A program made the position numbers and the translations under genes. DNA of 64,000 nucleotides from Candidatus Magasanikiibacteriota bacterium. GTDB lineage: Bacteria > Patescibacteriota > Patescibacteriia > Magasanikbacterales > GWA2-37-8. Location: the NCBI GenBank assembly GCA_041666745.1, contig JBAYGI010000001.1:155095-219094 (forward strand), given 5' to 3'. Shown here piece after piece: positions 24,996 to 33,414 of this stretch. Every line of letters begins with the position of its first letter. Positions within the stretch are counted from its first letter, which is position 1. Under the pieces are notes generated by a model that worked only from the letters and a program-made list of their open reading frames with translations, ran no database searches and was not told where the DNA came from.

Positions 24996-26611
24996 TATGT
25001 TTTGAACAGTTCTTTTATTAATGGATTTTCAAAAGAGTCGGATATTTGTTTTTGTAACCCCTTCCTTCTAATTGACTTATACAATCCTTCTCCACCATGT
25101 TGGCGAAACCACGTTGTATTAAAATCACTTGGTGTATCTTCCTGTTGATTTTTCCATTGATTAAAAATATCGCTTATTATATCAATAGCTTTTTCTATAG
25201 TATATTCTTTGTGTTTTTCTCTATATTCAAAAATATTTTTAATTTCTTCATTTCCGCATTTTTCTATAAATATTTGAGGCGTTGTATTTTCTGTAATCCA
25301 ACTGTAAAGTCCCTTGTAATGATTTTTTATAAGCCATTTCATATTAAAGCGTTTTCCTTTTTTTAGAGGACCATTTTTCCATTCTTCAAATGCTTGGTTT
25401 AATTTTTCGTATGCGGTTTTTTCAGTATAATTTTCATGTTGTTCTTCATATATAAAATCTGTCACAAGGGGGGCGTAGCCACAACCGTTCACATATTTTT
25501 TAATTCCACCGTGTAATCTTATATGTCGGTTGAGTCCGCTGTAACCATTTTTTTTCAACCAAGCTACATTAAAGCCATTTTTGTGTGTCTCTGGATGGTT
25601 TTTCCAATAATGATACGCCAAAATCAAAGTCGCAGTTGCTGTTTCCCAAGTCCAATCTTCAGTATAATCAAAATTGGTTATTAAATCTGTGTTTTGACTT
25701 TCCAAAATAAATTTTTTTATACCATCGTGTTTGTATATCCATTGGTATAGATAACCGTAACCATTTGTTTTCAACCACGTTAAATTAAATTTACCTCTCG
25801 TTTTTTGTGAACCAACTTTCCATTTTTCCATCGCCTCTTTTAATATCTGTAACGCTTGTTCTGGTGTTCTCGGAGTAGTATCAGTAGGGGTAGGTTTGTC
25901 TATCGGTGGTATATCTATAAGATGTGAGTCAGTTAAATATATTTTAATTTTTTCTTTCCATTCTTCCGATGTGCAGTCAAAATTTATTTGGCTAATTTTT
26001 TCTTTTTTCAATTCTTTTAATTGGTCTTTGGTCAATACGGTATAATTTCCCCAATCATCTTTTTCACCCTCGTTCAATTTGTGCACAACAAAAGTCGCAT
26101 TGCCCTCCTCATTGCACACCAACACCATTTTGTGAATATCTTCAACAACAAATGCTTTATAACTCAAACTACGCATCATATCCGGCGTATTCTGACCGTC
26201 ATAAATTTCATATTTTAATCCCATTTCTGACAAAATTTCCATTAAATATTGTGTGCGCGGGATAATTTTTTTTGTTTCTATTCCTTCACCACTACCGGTT
26301 ATTATTTCTCCGCTGTCTGGTGGTAATATAATACTACCAGTTTGATGAACAGATGTGGCTTCAGGTAAATTTATTTTATTAAATTTTTCTAGCTGTTTTT
26401 CCCGTTTTAATTCTTCTACAAATCCTTTTACATCAAATTGTAAAACAGGGGATTGATGTAGTACCTTTTCATATTTTAAAAATTTTTGTGCAATTAATAA
26501 TTCAGCCACGGTTTGTAAAGGCACCCCAGGTTGCATTAGAGCTGTGATTTTTTTTGTCACTTCTCCTGCGATTGCTTCTTGTTCATGTGGATCTAATGTG
26601 TCAAAAGGCAT
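24995..26611 (-). CDS. Hypothetical protein with four C-terminal repeats of about 50 aa (FNxxWLKxNGYxGL...GGIKK)
   Basis: Repeats: GKFNLTWLKTNGYGYLYQWIYKHDGIKKF, GFNVAWLKKNGYSGLNRHIRLHGGIKKY, KRFNMKWLIKNHYKGLYSWITE, SDFNTTWFRQHGGEGLYKSIRRKGLQKQ. Confidence 0.5.
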   Translation of the reverse strand: MPFDTLDPHEQEAIAGEVTKKITALMQPGVPLQTVAELLIAQKFLKYEKVLHQSPVLQFDVKGFVEELKREKQLEKFNKINLPEATSVHQTGSIILPPDSGEIITGSGEGIETKKIIPRTQYLMEILSEMGLKYEIYDGQNTPDMMRSLSYKAFVVEDIHKMVLVCNEEGNATFVVHKLNEGEKDDWGNYTVLTKDQLKELKKEKISQINFDCTSEEWKEKIKIYLTDSHLIDIPPIDKPTPTDTTPRTPEQALQILKEAMEKWKVGSQKTRGKFNLTWLKTNGYGYLYQWIYKHDGIKKFILESQNTDLITNFDYTEDWTWETATATLILAYHYWKNHPETHKNGFNVAWLKKNGYSGLNRHIRLHGGIKKYVNGCGYAPLVTDFIYEEQHENYTEKTAYEKLNQAFEEWKNGPLKKGKRFNMKWLIKNHYKGLYSWITENTTPQIFIEKCGNEEIKNIFEYREKHKEYTIEKAIDIISDIFNQWKNQQEDTPSDFNTTWFRQHGGEGLYKSIRRKGLQKQISDSFENPLIKELFKT

Positions 26612-26615
26612 ATGA

Positions 26616-29153
26616 TTATTTTTTAAATAATTTTAATACCCCAACTGTCGCAATCATCGCGCCAAGTGGCAAGCCGATTAACAATAATAATTCATTGGAA
26701 TTGAGTGCGTGTAAGTGGAAAATATTTCTCAATGCCGGAAGATAAATAATTAAACCCAACACAATCAAAGTTGCGATAGAAATGATAAACAACAAACCAT
26801 TACTTTTTATTTGTTGCCATTCGCGCGTCATTAAAATCAAAAAAGTTTGTGAAACAACCAATGATGCGAAAGCCATCGTGCGACCTAATTCCAATTGGTC
26901 GTGAAGTACGGCGTAGAAATAATATAAACCAAATGAAACTGCGAGGATAATCAAGCCTTGAAAAATAATTTTGTAAATCAATTTCAAATTTACGAGCGGT
27001 TCGTTGGTTGGTCGCGGTGGTTCAATCATCAAATTGTGTCTAGCTTTTTCACGTTCAAAACCAAGCACGGCCGAAGGATCGCAAATCATTTCCAAAAATA
27101 TAATGTGAATAGGCAAAAATATGAGTGGTCGGCCAAACAACAATGGCAAAACCGCCAAACCGACAATCGGCAAGTGAAAAGAAAATAAAAATACAAATGA
27201 CTGGCGCAGATTATCATAGATACGACGGCCTTCTTTGATCGCCTTTACGATAGTGGAAAAATTATCATCCATCAAAACAATTCCAGCGGCCGCGCGCGCT
27301 ACCTCTGTTCCTTTTAATCCCATGGCAATACCGATGTTTGCTTTTTTAAGTGCTGGCGCGTCGTTCACTCCGTCGCCGGTCATCGCCACCACCTCACCCA
27401 TTTCTTGTAAAGCGGAAACGATATCAAATTTTTGTTCCGGTTTGACACGAGTAAAAATGTCGTGGCGTTTTACAATGGCTTTGAGTGCATCTTTGGAAAT
27501 TCCTTCCAAATCCGTTCCAACAATTATTTCTTCATTATGTTTTAAACCAATATGTTCTGCAATGTTATGGGCGGTGAGTTTGTTGTCGCCGGTGATCATG
27601 ATTACGCGGATGCCGGCTTTTTGACAGGTGTCTATGGCTTCTTTTACTCCTTCGCGTGCCGGATCGCTCATGCCAAGTATGCCCGCAAATTGTAAATTTT
27701 CGACTAATATTTTTTCTCCTACCGCACACGATCTTTGGGCGACCGCAATCACCCGATATCCTAATCCGGCCATTTCTTCATAGGCTTTTGTAGCGCTTTT
27801 TTTTTCTTTTTCAGATAATTTGCTGTGTTTAATAATAAATTCCGGAGCGCCCGCGCTATATTGTGCACAAATTCCATTTTGGTTTTTCCAAAGGTGATGT
27901 ACCATTTTATTTTTGCTTTCAAATGGTAAATCTTCAATTAAAGTGTGTTCGCGATAAAATTGTTGGACATCAATACCAAGTGTAGAAGCAAATTTTTGTA
28001 CTTCAACTTCCATTGGATCAATGGCCACTTGTTCCAAAGACAAAAGTGCTATTTTAATTAATTCAGTAAAATCTGTTTTGTATTTTTTTAAGTCTTTGAG
28101 TGTGTGGACATGATCGTCATGATAAATTTGTTCCAACGCCATTTTTCCTTCGGTGAGCGTACCGGTTTTGTCTGTGCAAATAATCGTCGCTGAGCCCAGT
28201 GTTTCTACCATGGCCATTTCACGCGTGAGTGCGTTTTGTTTGGTCATGCGCCAAACACCCATAATTAAAAATACTGAAAAAACAATTGGAAATTCCTCTG
28301 GTATTAAAGACATCGCCATAGTCAATCCGCCCAAAACACCTTCTGCCCAACCATATTTTAAAGATAACAAAATGCCGATTAAAAAAGCCACTGCCACTGC
28401 CACGATAGCAATAGTGCGTACCAAAGAATGAATTTTTTTCTGCAACGGAGTGCTGATTTTTTCAATTTTTTCTAACAAATTTCCAAGCTGTCCGTATGAA
28501 GTATTTCCTCCAGTAGCCGTAACAACAAACGAACCTTCACCTTGTACCACCATCGTACCTTGGAATAATTTATTTTCATCCACTATATTATTGTCATTCC
28601 CGCGAAGGCGGGAATCTAAATAATCCACAGCACTTTTTTGCGCGGCAATAGATTCACCGGTCAACATCGCTTCGTCCACCAACAACCCAAAAGAAATAGA
28701 CAAAACACCGTCAGCCGGAACTTTGTCGCCGGCGGTGATGTAAATTAAATCTCCAGGCACAATAAATTTTGTCTCCATTTTTTTTACTTCACCATCGCGA
28801 TAAACTTGGCACGATTCTACCATCATTTTGTCCAACGCCTTTATCGCTTCGTCGGTGCGTTGTTGTTGAATAAATTCCAAACCAACTACTGGAATAATAG
28901 AACCCAAAAGAATTATTGCTTCAACTTTATCTCCAATAAAAAAATAAATAGCCGCAGAAGCGAGCAAAAGCAAAATCATCGGCTCGGAAGCGATTTCCCA
29001 AGCGCGTTTGAGCCAAGTAACGCGTTTACCAACGGGGCGGATATTTAATCCGTATTTTTGTTGGGCTTCTTGGGCTTGCACGGAAGTAAGGCCGGTATAT
29101 GTTTTATAGTTCGAAATTGATAATAGCGAAAATACAGCGTTTGGTTGAGGCAT
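26616..29153 (-). CDS. P-type cation-transporting ATPase (type II, Ca2+/Mg2+-like)
   Basis: DKTGTLT, TGES and TGDGVNDAPALKKANIGIAMG motifs. An in-frame REP-derived insert encodes LDSRLRGNDNN. Confidence 0.8.
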   Translation of the reverse strand: MPQPNAVFSLLSISNYKTYTGLTSVQAQEAQQKYGLNIRPVGKRVTWLKRAWEIASEPMILLLLASAAIYFFIGDKVEAIILLGSIIPVVGLEFIQQQRTDEAIKALDKMMVESCQVYRDGEVKKMETKFIVPGDLIYITAGDKVPADGVLSISFGLLVDEAMLTGESIAAQKSAVDYLDSRLRGNDNNIVDENKLFQGTMVVQGEGSFVVTATGGNTSYGQLGNLLEKIEKISTPLQKKIHSLVRTIAIVAVAVAFLIGILLSLKYGWAEGVLGGLTMAMSLIPEEFPIVFSVFLIMGVWRMTKQNALTREMAMVETLGSATIICTDKTGTLTEGKMALEQIYHDDHVHTLKDLKKYKTDFTELIKIALLSLEQVAIDPMEVEVQKFASTLGIDVQQFYREHTLIEDLPFESKNKMVHHLWKNQNGICAQYSAGAPEFIIKHSKLSEKEKKSATKAYEEMAGLGYRVIAVAQRSCAVGEKILVENLQFAGILGMSDPAREGVKEAIDTCQKAGIRVIMITGDNKLTAHNIAEHIGLKHNEEIIVGTDLEGISKDALKAIVKRHDIFTRVKPEQKFDIVSALQEMGEVVAMTGDGVNDAPALKKANIGIAMGLKGTEVARAAAGIVLMDDNFSTIVKAIKEGRRIYDNLRQSFVFLFSFHLPIVGLAVLPLLFGRPLIFLPIHIIFLEMICDPSAVLGFEREKARHNLMIEPPRPTNEPLVNLKLIYKIIFQGLIILAVSFGLYYFYAVLHDQLELGRTMAFASLVVSQTFLILMTREWQQIKSNGLLFIISIATLIVLGLIIYLPALRNIFHLHALNSNELLLLIGLPLGAMIATVGVLKLFKK
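28592..28616 (+). repeat. REP-like unit inserted in-frame in the P-type ATPase gene
   Basis: TGTCATTCCCGCGAAGGCGGGAATC. Confidence 0.7.
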
Positions 29154-29177
29154 AATTTTGGTTAATTTATGTCTTTT

Positions 29178-29206
29178 ATTTTAGCAAAAAAATTAACAAT
29201 TGACAA
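29178..29206 (-). promoter_or_regulatory. sigma70-like promoter for the ATPase (TTGTCA-17-TAAAAT on the minus strand)
   Basis: Reverse complement of 29201-29206 is TTGTCA and of 29178-29183 is TAAAAT. It lies about 25 nt upstream of the ATG. Confidence 0.5.
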
Positions 29207-29219
29207 CCCGCCATTGTTT

Positions 29220-29660
29220 TGTTAGTGTGATTTTTGTAAGCGCATGTGCGCTTCAGAGAGATCAATGGTTACTCAATCCTTCAAAGAGAGAGTTGCTGCC
29301 AGGTCTGTTGTTACCGGGTTGGTGATGGTGGCCATGGCTCTGACATGCGAGGCGTCGAGTTATTTACTCAACGGAACTATACCTGAACACCCCATTTTGC
29401 AGGGGGTGATCACGGTCGTCGTCGTTTTCGTTGTCACTTTCGCATTCAAGGTGCGGCGTCTCTACAGAGAGGATGCGGAAATGTATTTCACCTTACATGG
29501 TGAACACCCGCCCATTCGTCTCTGAGTCGGTGAGCTTCACTTTATACCCCGTCTTCCAATCTATGGCGGGGAAGAGCTGTTTCCTCAATCGCTCCACCGA
29601 AAGGTGTTGGTCAGTTCTTTATTGCTCCGGTTTAAGAGTTTTTGGACTCCCGGAGTAGAA
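29220..29660 (+). other. GC-elevated (about 50%) intergenic islet: candidate structured ncRNA or small two-TM membrane protein gene (29265-29525)
   Basis: Compositional contrast with the flanks. The ORF reads MVTQSFKERVAARSVVTGLVMVAMAL...VITVVVVFVVTFAF.... A long bidirectional terminator hairpin closes it. Confidence 0.3.
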
Positions 29661-29664
29661 TAGA

Positions 29665-29727
29665 AAAATCACCTGTGATCACTTAAGTCCAAAATTATTT
29701 TTGGTTTTAAGTGGCAGGTGATTTTTT
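29665..29727. terminator. Long imperfect hairpin plus U-run (bidirectional terminator)
   Basis: AAAAATCACCTGTGATCACTTAAGTCCAAAA, loop, TTTTGGTTTTAAGTGGCAGGTGATTTTTT. Confidence 0.6.
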
Positions 29728-29735
29728 GTTTGTTT

Positions 29736-31136
29736 TTACTCAAAACACTTCATCTCCAACTCTTTAATTTTATCATCCACCTCGGCCAAAGCGATTGGCA
29801 GTGTTTCACCGGATTTTTCTATCAGCTCAAGAATTGTTTTCACCACATGTTTCATCCCAGGGATAATATGTTTTTCTCTGTCTTCGGCATAAGAAAAACG
29901 AATATGTCCAATGCCACCGATACCAAAATCACGGCCGGCCAAAGTAGCGATACCGCGTTCAAACAGCAACCATTTGTTTAGATCTTTGTCGTTTTGAATA
30001 TTCAAATCTTCTTTTACATATTTTAATTGCAATATTTTTTCAAAATTCGGGAAAAGATAAAAAGCGCCTTCGGCTACATTGGTTATTACATACGGAGCCA
30101 GCAAACGAAAACATCCTTCTACAAATTTTCCTTTTTTCTCATATTCAACAAAATCTTTTTCAATAATCGGTTGCACTTTGTCGCCGATATAGGGATATTT
30201 GAATCCATCCAATTCCATGTCACCAAAAATAGTGCCGGCTACAATCTGATTAAAGCGGGGGACACAGGTGTATTTGTTTATCGCCAGTTTGCCAAAAATT
30301 TCGATCACCCAAATTGGCGCTATGATGAATCCTAGACGCCAGCCAGTCATGGCAAAATTTTTGGAAAAACCATTTAGATTGATGGTGTAGTCCAACATCC
30401 CCGGAATAGATAAGAAACTGAAATGTTTTTTTCCGCCAAAAACTATTTGATCATAAATATCATCAAACAAAACCATGAATTTATATTTCTTCACCAACTC
30501 GGCGATTTTTTCTAATTTTTCTTTTGGCAACAACATGCCAGTTGGATTCTGTGGCGTGTTGATAATTAATAATTTTACATTTTGGTTTTCCGCCAATATT
30601 TTTTCCAAATCTTCAACAAAAAAATCGAAACCGCCGGTGGAATCTTTGCGTACCACCCAAGGTATATAGTTGTCTTGGCTGTAAAATCTGCCCAAAGATT
30701 CATATATCGGATATCCCGGGCTTTGGCCGATTACTTTGTCGCCCGGTTTTACCAATGTCTGAAGAGCCATTTCAATTACCGGTTTACCACCCGGTTGGAG
30801 CATTACATTTTCTTTGGTGATATTTATTCCGCGGATTTTTGACCAATGTTTGGCAATATTTTCTCTCACTTGTGGATAACCCAAGAAATTCCCATATTTG
30901 GTTTGTTTGTCTCTGAGTGCTTGAATTGCCACCTCAATAATCGGTTCAGGGGTTTTGGGACCGGTGTCGCCAACATGAAATTTGTAAACAGCCGGAAATT
31001 TTCCGGATTGCTCCACTTCCATCACTTTGATTCCAAAGTCAAAAGCACTTTCGGTACCGAGCAAACACAAGTCTGGATTAATTTCCACATTGGGAATTAA
31101 ATTTTTTTCCTCCAAAAATTTCGGTAGTTGTTGCAT
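29736..31136 (-). CDS. Class I/II PLP-dependent aminotransferase
   Basis: FSKNFAMTGWRLGF (SK...GxRxG PLP-lysine region). 466 aa. Confidence 0.7.
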   Translation of the reverse strand: MQQLPKFLEEKNLIPNVEINPDLCLLGTESAFDFGIKVMEVEQSGKFPAVYKFHVGDTGPKTPEPIIEVAIQALRDKQTKYGNFLGYPQVRENIAKHWSKIRGINITKENVMLQPGGKPVIEMALQTLVKPGDKVIGQSPGYPIYESLGRFYSQDNYIPWVVRKDSTGGFDFFVEDLEKILAENQNVKLLIINTPQNPTGMLLPKEKLEKIAELVKKYKFMVLFDDIYDQIVFGGKKHFSFLSIPGMLDYTINLNGFSKNFAMTGWRLGFIIAPIWVIEIFGKLAINKYTCVPRFNQIVAGTIFGDMELDGFKYPYIGDKVQPIIEKDFVEYEKKGKFVEGCFRLLAPYVITNVAEGAFYLFPNFEKILQLKYVKEDLNIQNDKDLNKWLLFERGIATLAGRDFGIGGIGHIRFSYAEDREKHIIPGMKHVVKTILELIEKSGETLPIALAEVDDKIKELEMKCFE

Positions 31137-31139
31137 ATT

Positions 31140-33392
31140 TTATTTTTTTATCTGAATTACAGAATTTAAAATTTTCTCTTTGATATCCTGTGGAGCCAAG
31201 CCAGCCAATTCGTAAACCTCCTGCACATTGCCAGATTTCAGGTAGGTGTCTATTCCGATAGAGCGTTTTTCATAGTCGGTAGGTAATAGGAATGAGTTTA
31301 AAAATCCAGTCCAGCCATTGTGGATAGTGGTCACGAGTGATCGTTCGCTATCCGCCAAAACTTCCTGCGCTTTTTGCGGATTATTTTTTCTGTATTCTTC
31401 AAATAATTGTGGGGAAGTGACAGCGATAATTTTTACATCATATTGTTGTTCCAGTTCCGGCAAAATTTCCAAAGTGTTCACCAATACTTGTACACCGGAA
31501 ATTGCTAATACAGTTTTTGGTTTACCATTGTCTACGAATTTTTTATAAACATACGCGCCATTAATAGCTTCGCGCGCCGGTGGCACACCATTTCCTCTTT
31601 TTAATACCAAAGTATCTGGACGCATTACCGACAGTGCGATTGGATCGCCTTTTTCCAAAGCATAAAACAACATCTCCACTGTTTCATTGGCATCAAAAGG
31701 TTTGTACACTTTTATCCCCGGTAAAGCGGAATACAAACTCATCCAATACAATCCTTGATGGGTTGGGCCGTCTTCGCCTGTTTCCGGACCATCGTGAGCG
31801 GCCAACATAATAAAAAATCCTTTGGAGTCGGGTTTGAGATGGTTGCCGATTAGCGCTAGGCGGATACAGTTGCCGATCATAGTGGTAAACACCGCGTAAG
31901 TGCCAAACACAGTCGCCGGTTGAAATCCCCCTGGTAAAACATCTTGACTCATCGCGGAGTACATCATCGCCATATTTTGTTCGGCAATTCCAAAACGGAT
32001 GCCACGGCCATAAGGATTTTTGGCAGTAATTAATCCATAAAGATTTTCCGCGCCGTTGGTCAAAATTGATCCGCTCAAATCACCGGTGCCGGAATAAAAG
32101 AAAGCGCTGTTTTGGGTCATCCATTTGAACCATGCGCCACTGCCTTTTCTGGTGGCCACTTTTGTTCCTTCTTCAAAAATTAATTCCGGTGGTAAAGTTT
32201 TCGGACGACGGAGTGAAACAGGATTGATTAGTGGGCGATCGGGTAGGGCAGTGGACATTTTTTTTATCAACACCGATTCGGGTTGGATTTTTTCGGTTGC
32301 TTTTTCCAATTGATCAATGAGAAAATTTTCATCATCCTTGGTGATGCTTTTCAAAATTACGTCAATATCTTTGAGGGTATTTTTTTCTTCACCCGGAATA
32401 GCAAAACCGAGTTTTTTTATTATTTCTACATATTCTTCGTGCTTGGCCGGTGAGCCGTGTGAAGTGTTTGAATTTTCTTTGGTGCCGTATAATTTGCCTT
32501 TGAGAGTGTGAGATATTACTACGGTAGGTAGATTGTTTTCAAAACCTTTGGTGGCTAGGCGGTAAGCATAAATCAATTCCAAAACATCATGACCATTCAC
32601 TTCAATAACATTCCAATTCAAACCCAGCCAGTGGTTGATGTATGGTGAATTCACCGCTTCTTCAATCGGGCCATCTATTCCAAAATGATTGTAATCCAAA
32701 CTGACAATAATATTATCTGTGCCGGTTGCCGAAATAACATTGCGCGCTTCGTAACTCATCCCTTCTTCGCTCTCGGCGTCGCCCATCAAAACAAAAACTT
32801 TGGTGTCCAGTCCGCAAGATTTGTGAGCGATAGCTATACCACCGGCTACAGATAGTCCGTGTCCGGAAGCGCCAGTGCAAGCGTCGGCTAGCGGATAATG
32901 ACTTTCCACATGTCCTTGTGGTCCATCGGCATGTCTAAAACGAATTAAATCTTCCGGCAAAACTGCGTGAATATCTGCCGGTGAAAATTTCTTTCCACTG
33001 CGACGTAGGCATTCATAAATCAACGCATTGGTGGCATGCAATAGAGGTGTACAATGTCCGGCACCCCAAACCAAGCGATCACGCCCCGTATTTTTTGGGT
33101 TGATTGGATCATAAGCCAAATTTTCACCCAGTATCAAAGCCAACATTTGTTCTACTTTGGAACTACTGCCACCTGGATGACCAGATTGTCCGGCTTCAAC
33201 TGCTGAAAAAATAAGCGCGCGCATTAATCGGGATAATTTTTCAAAACGTTCCGCGTCAAACCACGTCGGTTTGGTCAATTCCAAATTTTGTAAATTTAAA
33301 TATTGAGATCCGGATTTGCAAAAATCAAATCTTTCCGGTTGCTCTTTTTTTAGTTTTTCCAAATCTTTTTTTTCTAACAGGTTGAATGTCAT
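31140..33392 (-). CDS. Transketolase-family TPP-dependent enzyme
   Basis: SGHPGGSSS at the N-terminus (TPP-binding GHPG motif). 750 aa, three-domain size. Confidence 0.55.
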   Translation of the reverse strand: MTFNLLEKKDLEKLKKEQPERFDFCKSGSQYLNLQNLELTKPTWFDAERFEKLSRLMRALIFSAVEAGQSGHPGGSSSKVEQMLALILGENLAYDPINPKNTGRDRLVWGAGHCTPLLHATNALIYECLRRSGKKFSPADIHAVLPEDLIRFRHADGPQGHVESHYPLADACTGASGHGLSVAGGIAIAHKSCGLDTKVFVLMGDAESEEGMSYEARNVISATGTDNIIVSLDYNHFGIDGPIEEAVNSPYINHWLGLNWNVIEVNGHDVLELIYAYRLATKGFENNLPTVVISHTLKGKLYGTKENSNTSHGSPAKHEEYVEIIKKLGFAIPGEEKNTLKDIDVILKSITKDDENFLIDQLEKATEKIQPESVLIKKMSTALPDRPLINPVSLRRPKTLPPELIFEEGTKVATRKGSGAWFKWMTQNSAFFYSGTGDLSGSILTNGAENLYGLITAKNPYGRGIRFGIAEQNMAMMYSAMSQDVLPGGFQPATVFGTYAVFTTMIGNCIRLALIGNHLKPDSKGFFIMLAAHDGPETGEDGPTHQGLYWMSLYSALPGIKVYKPFDANETVEMLFYALEKGDPIALSVMRPDTLVLKRGNGVPPAREAINGAYVYKKFVDNGKPKTVLAISGVQVLVNTLEILPELEQQYDVKIIAVTSPQLFEEYRKNNPQKAQEVLADSERSLVTTIHNGWTGFLNSFLLPTDYEKRSIGIDTYLKSGNVQEVYELAGLAPQDIKEKILNSVIQIKK

Positions 33393-33414
33393 ATTATAAA
33401 AAATTATTTTTTAT

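Noticed and set aside
533-28616. CRISPR array formed by the 25-nt hairpin repeats
   Set aside because: Copies are scattered kilobases apart with irregular spacing and orientation. They sit inside genes and palindromic pairs, and there are no regularly sized spacers or cas genes.
29220-29727. RNase P RNA or tmRNA in the GC-rich islet
   Set aside because: I searched both strands by eye. There is no GGAAAGUCCGG/ACAGAAnCCGGCUUA P4 pair, no GGUUCGAnUCC T-arm, and no acceptor stem plus CCA. I left it unassigned.
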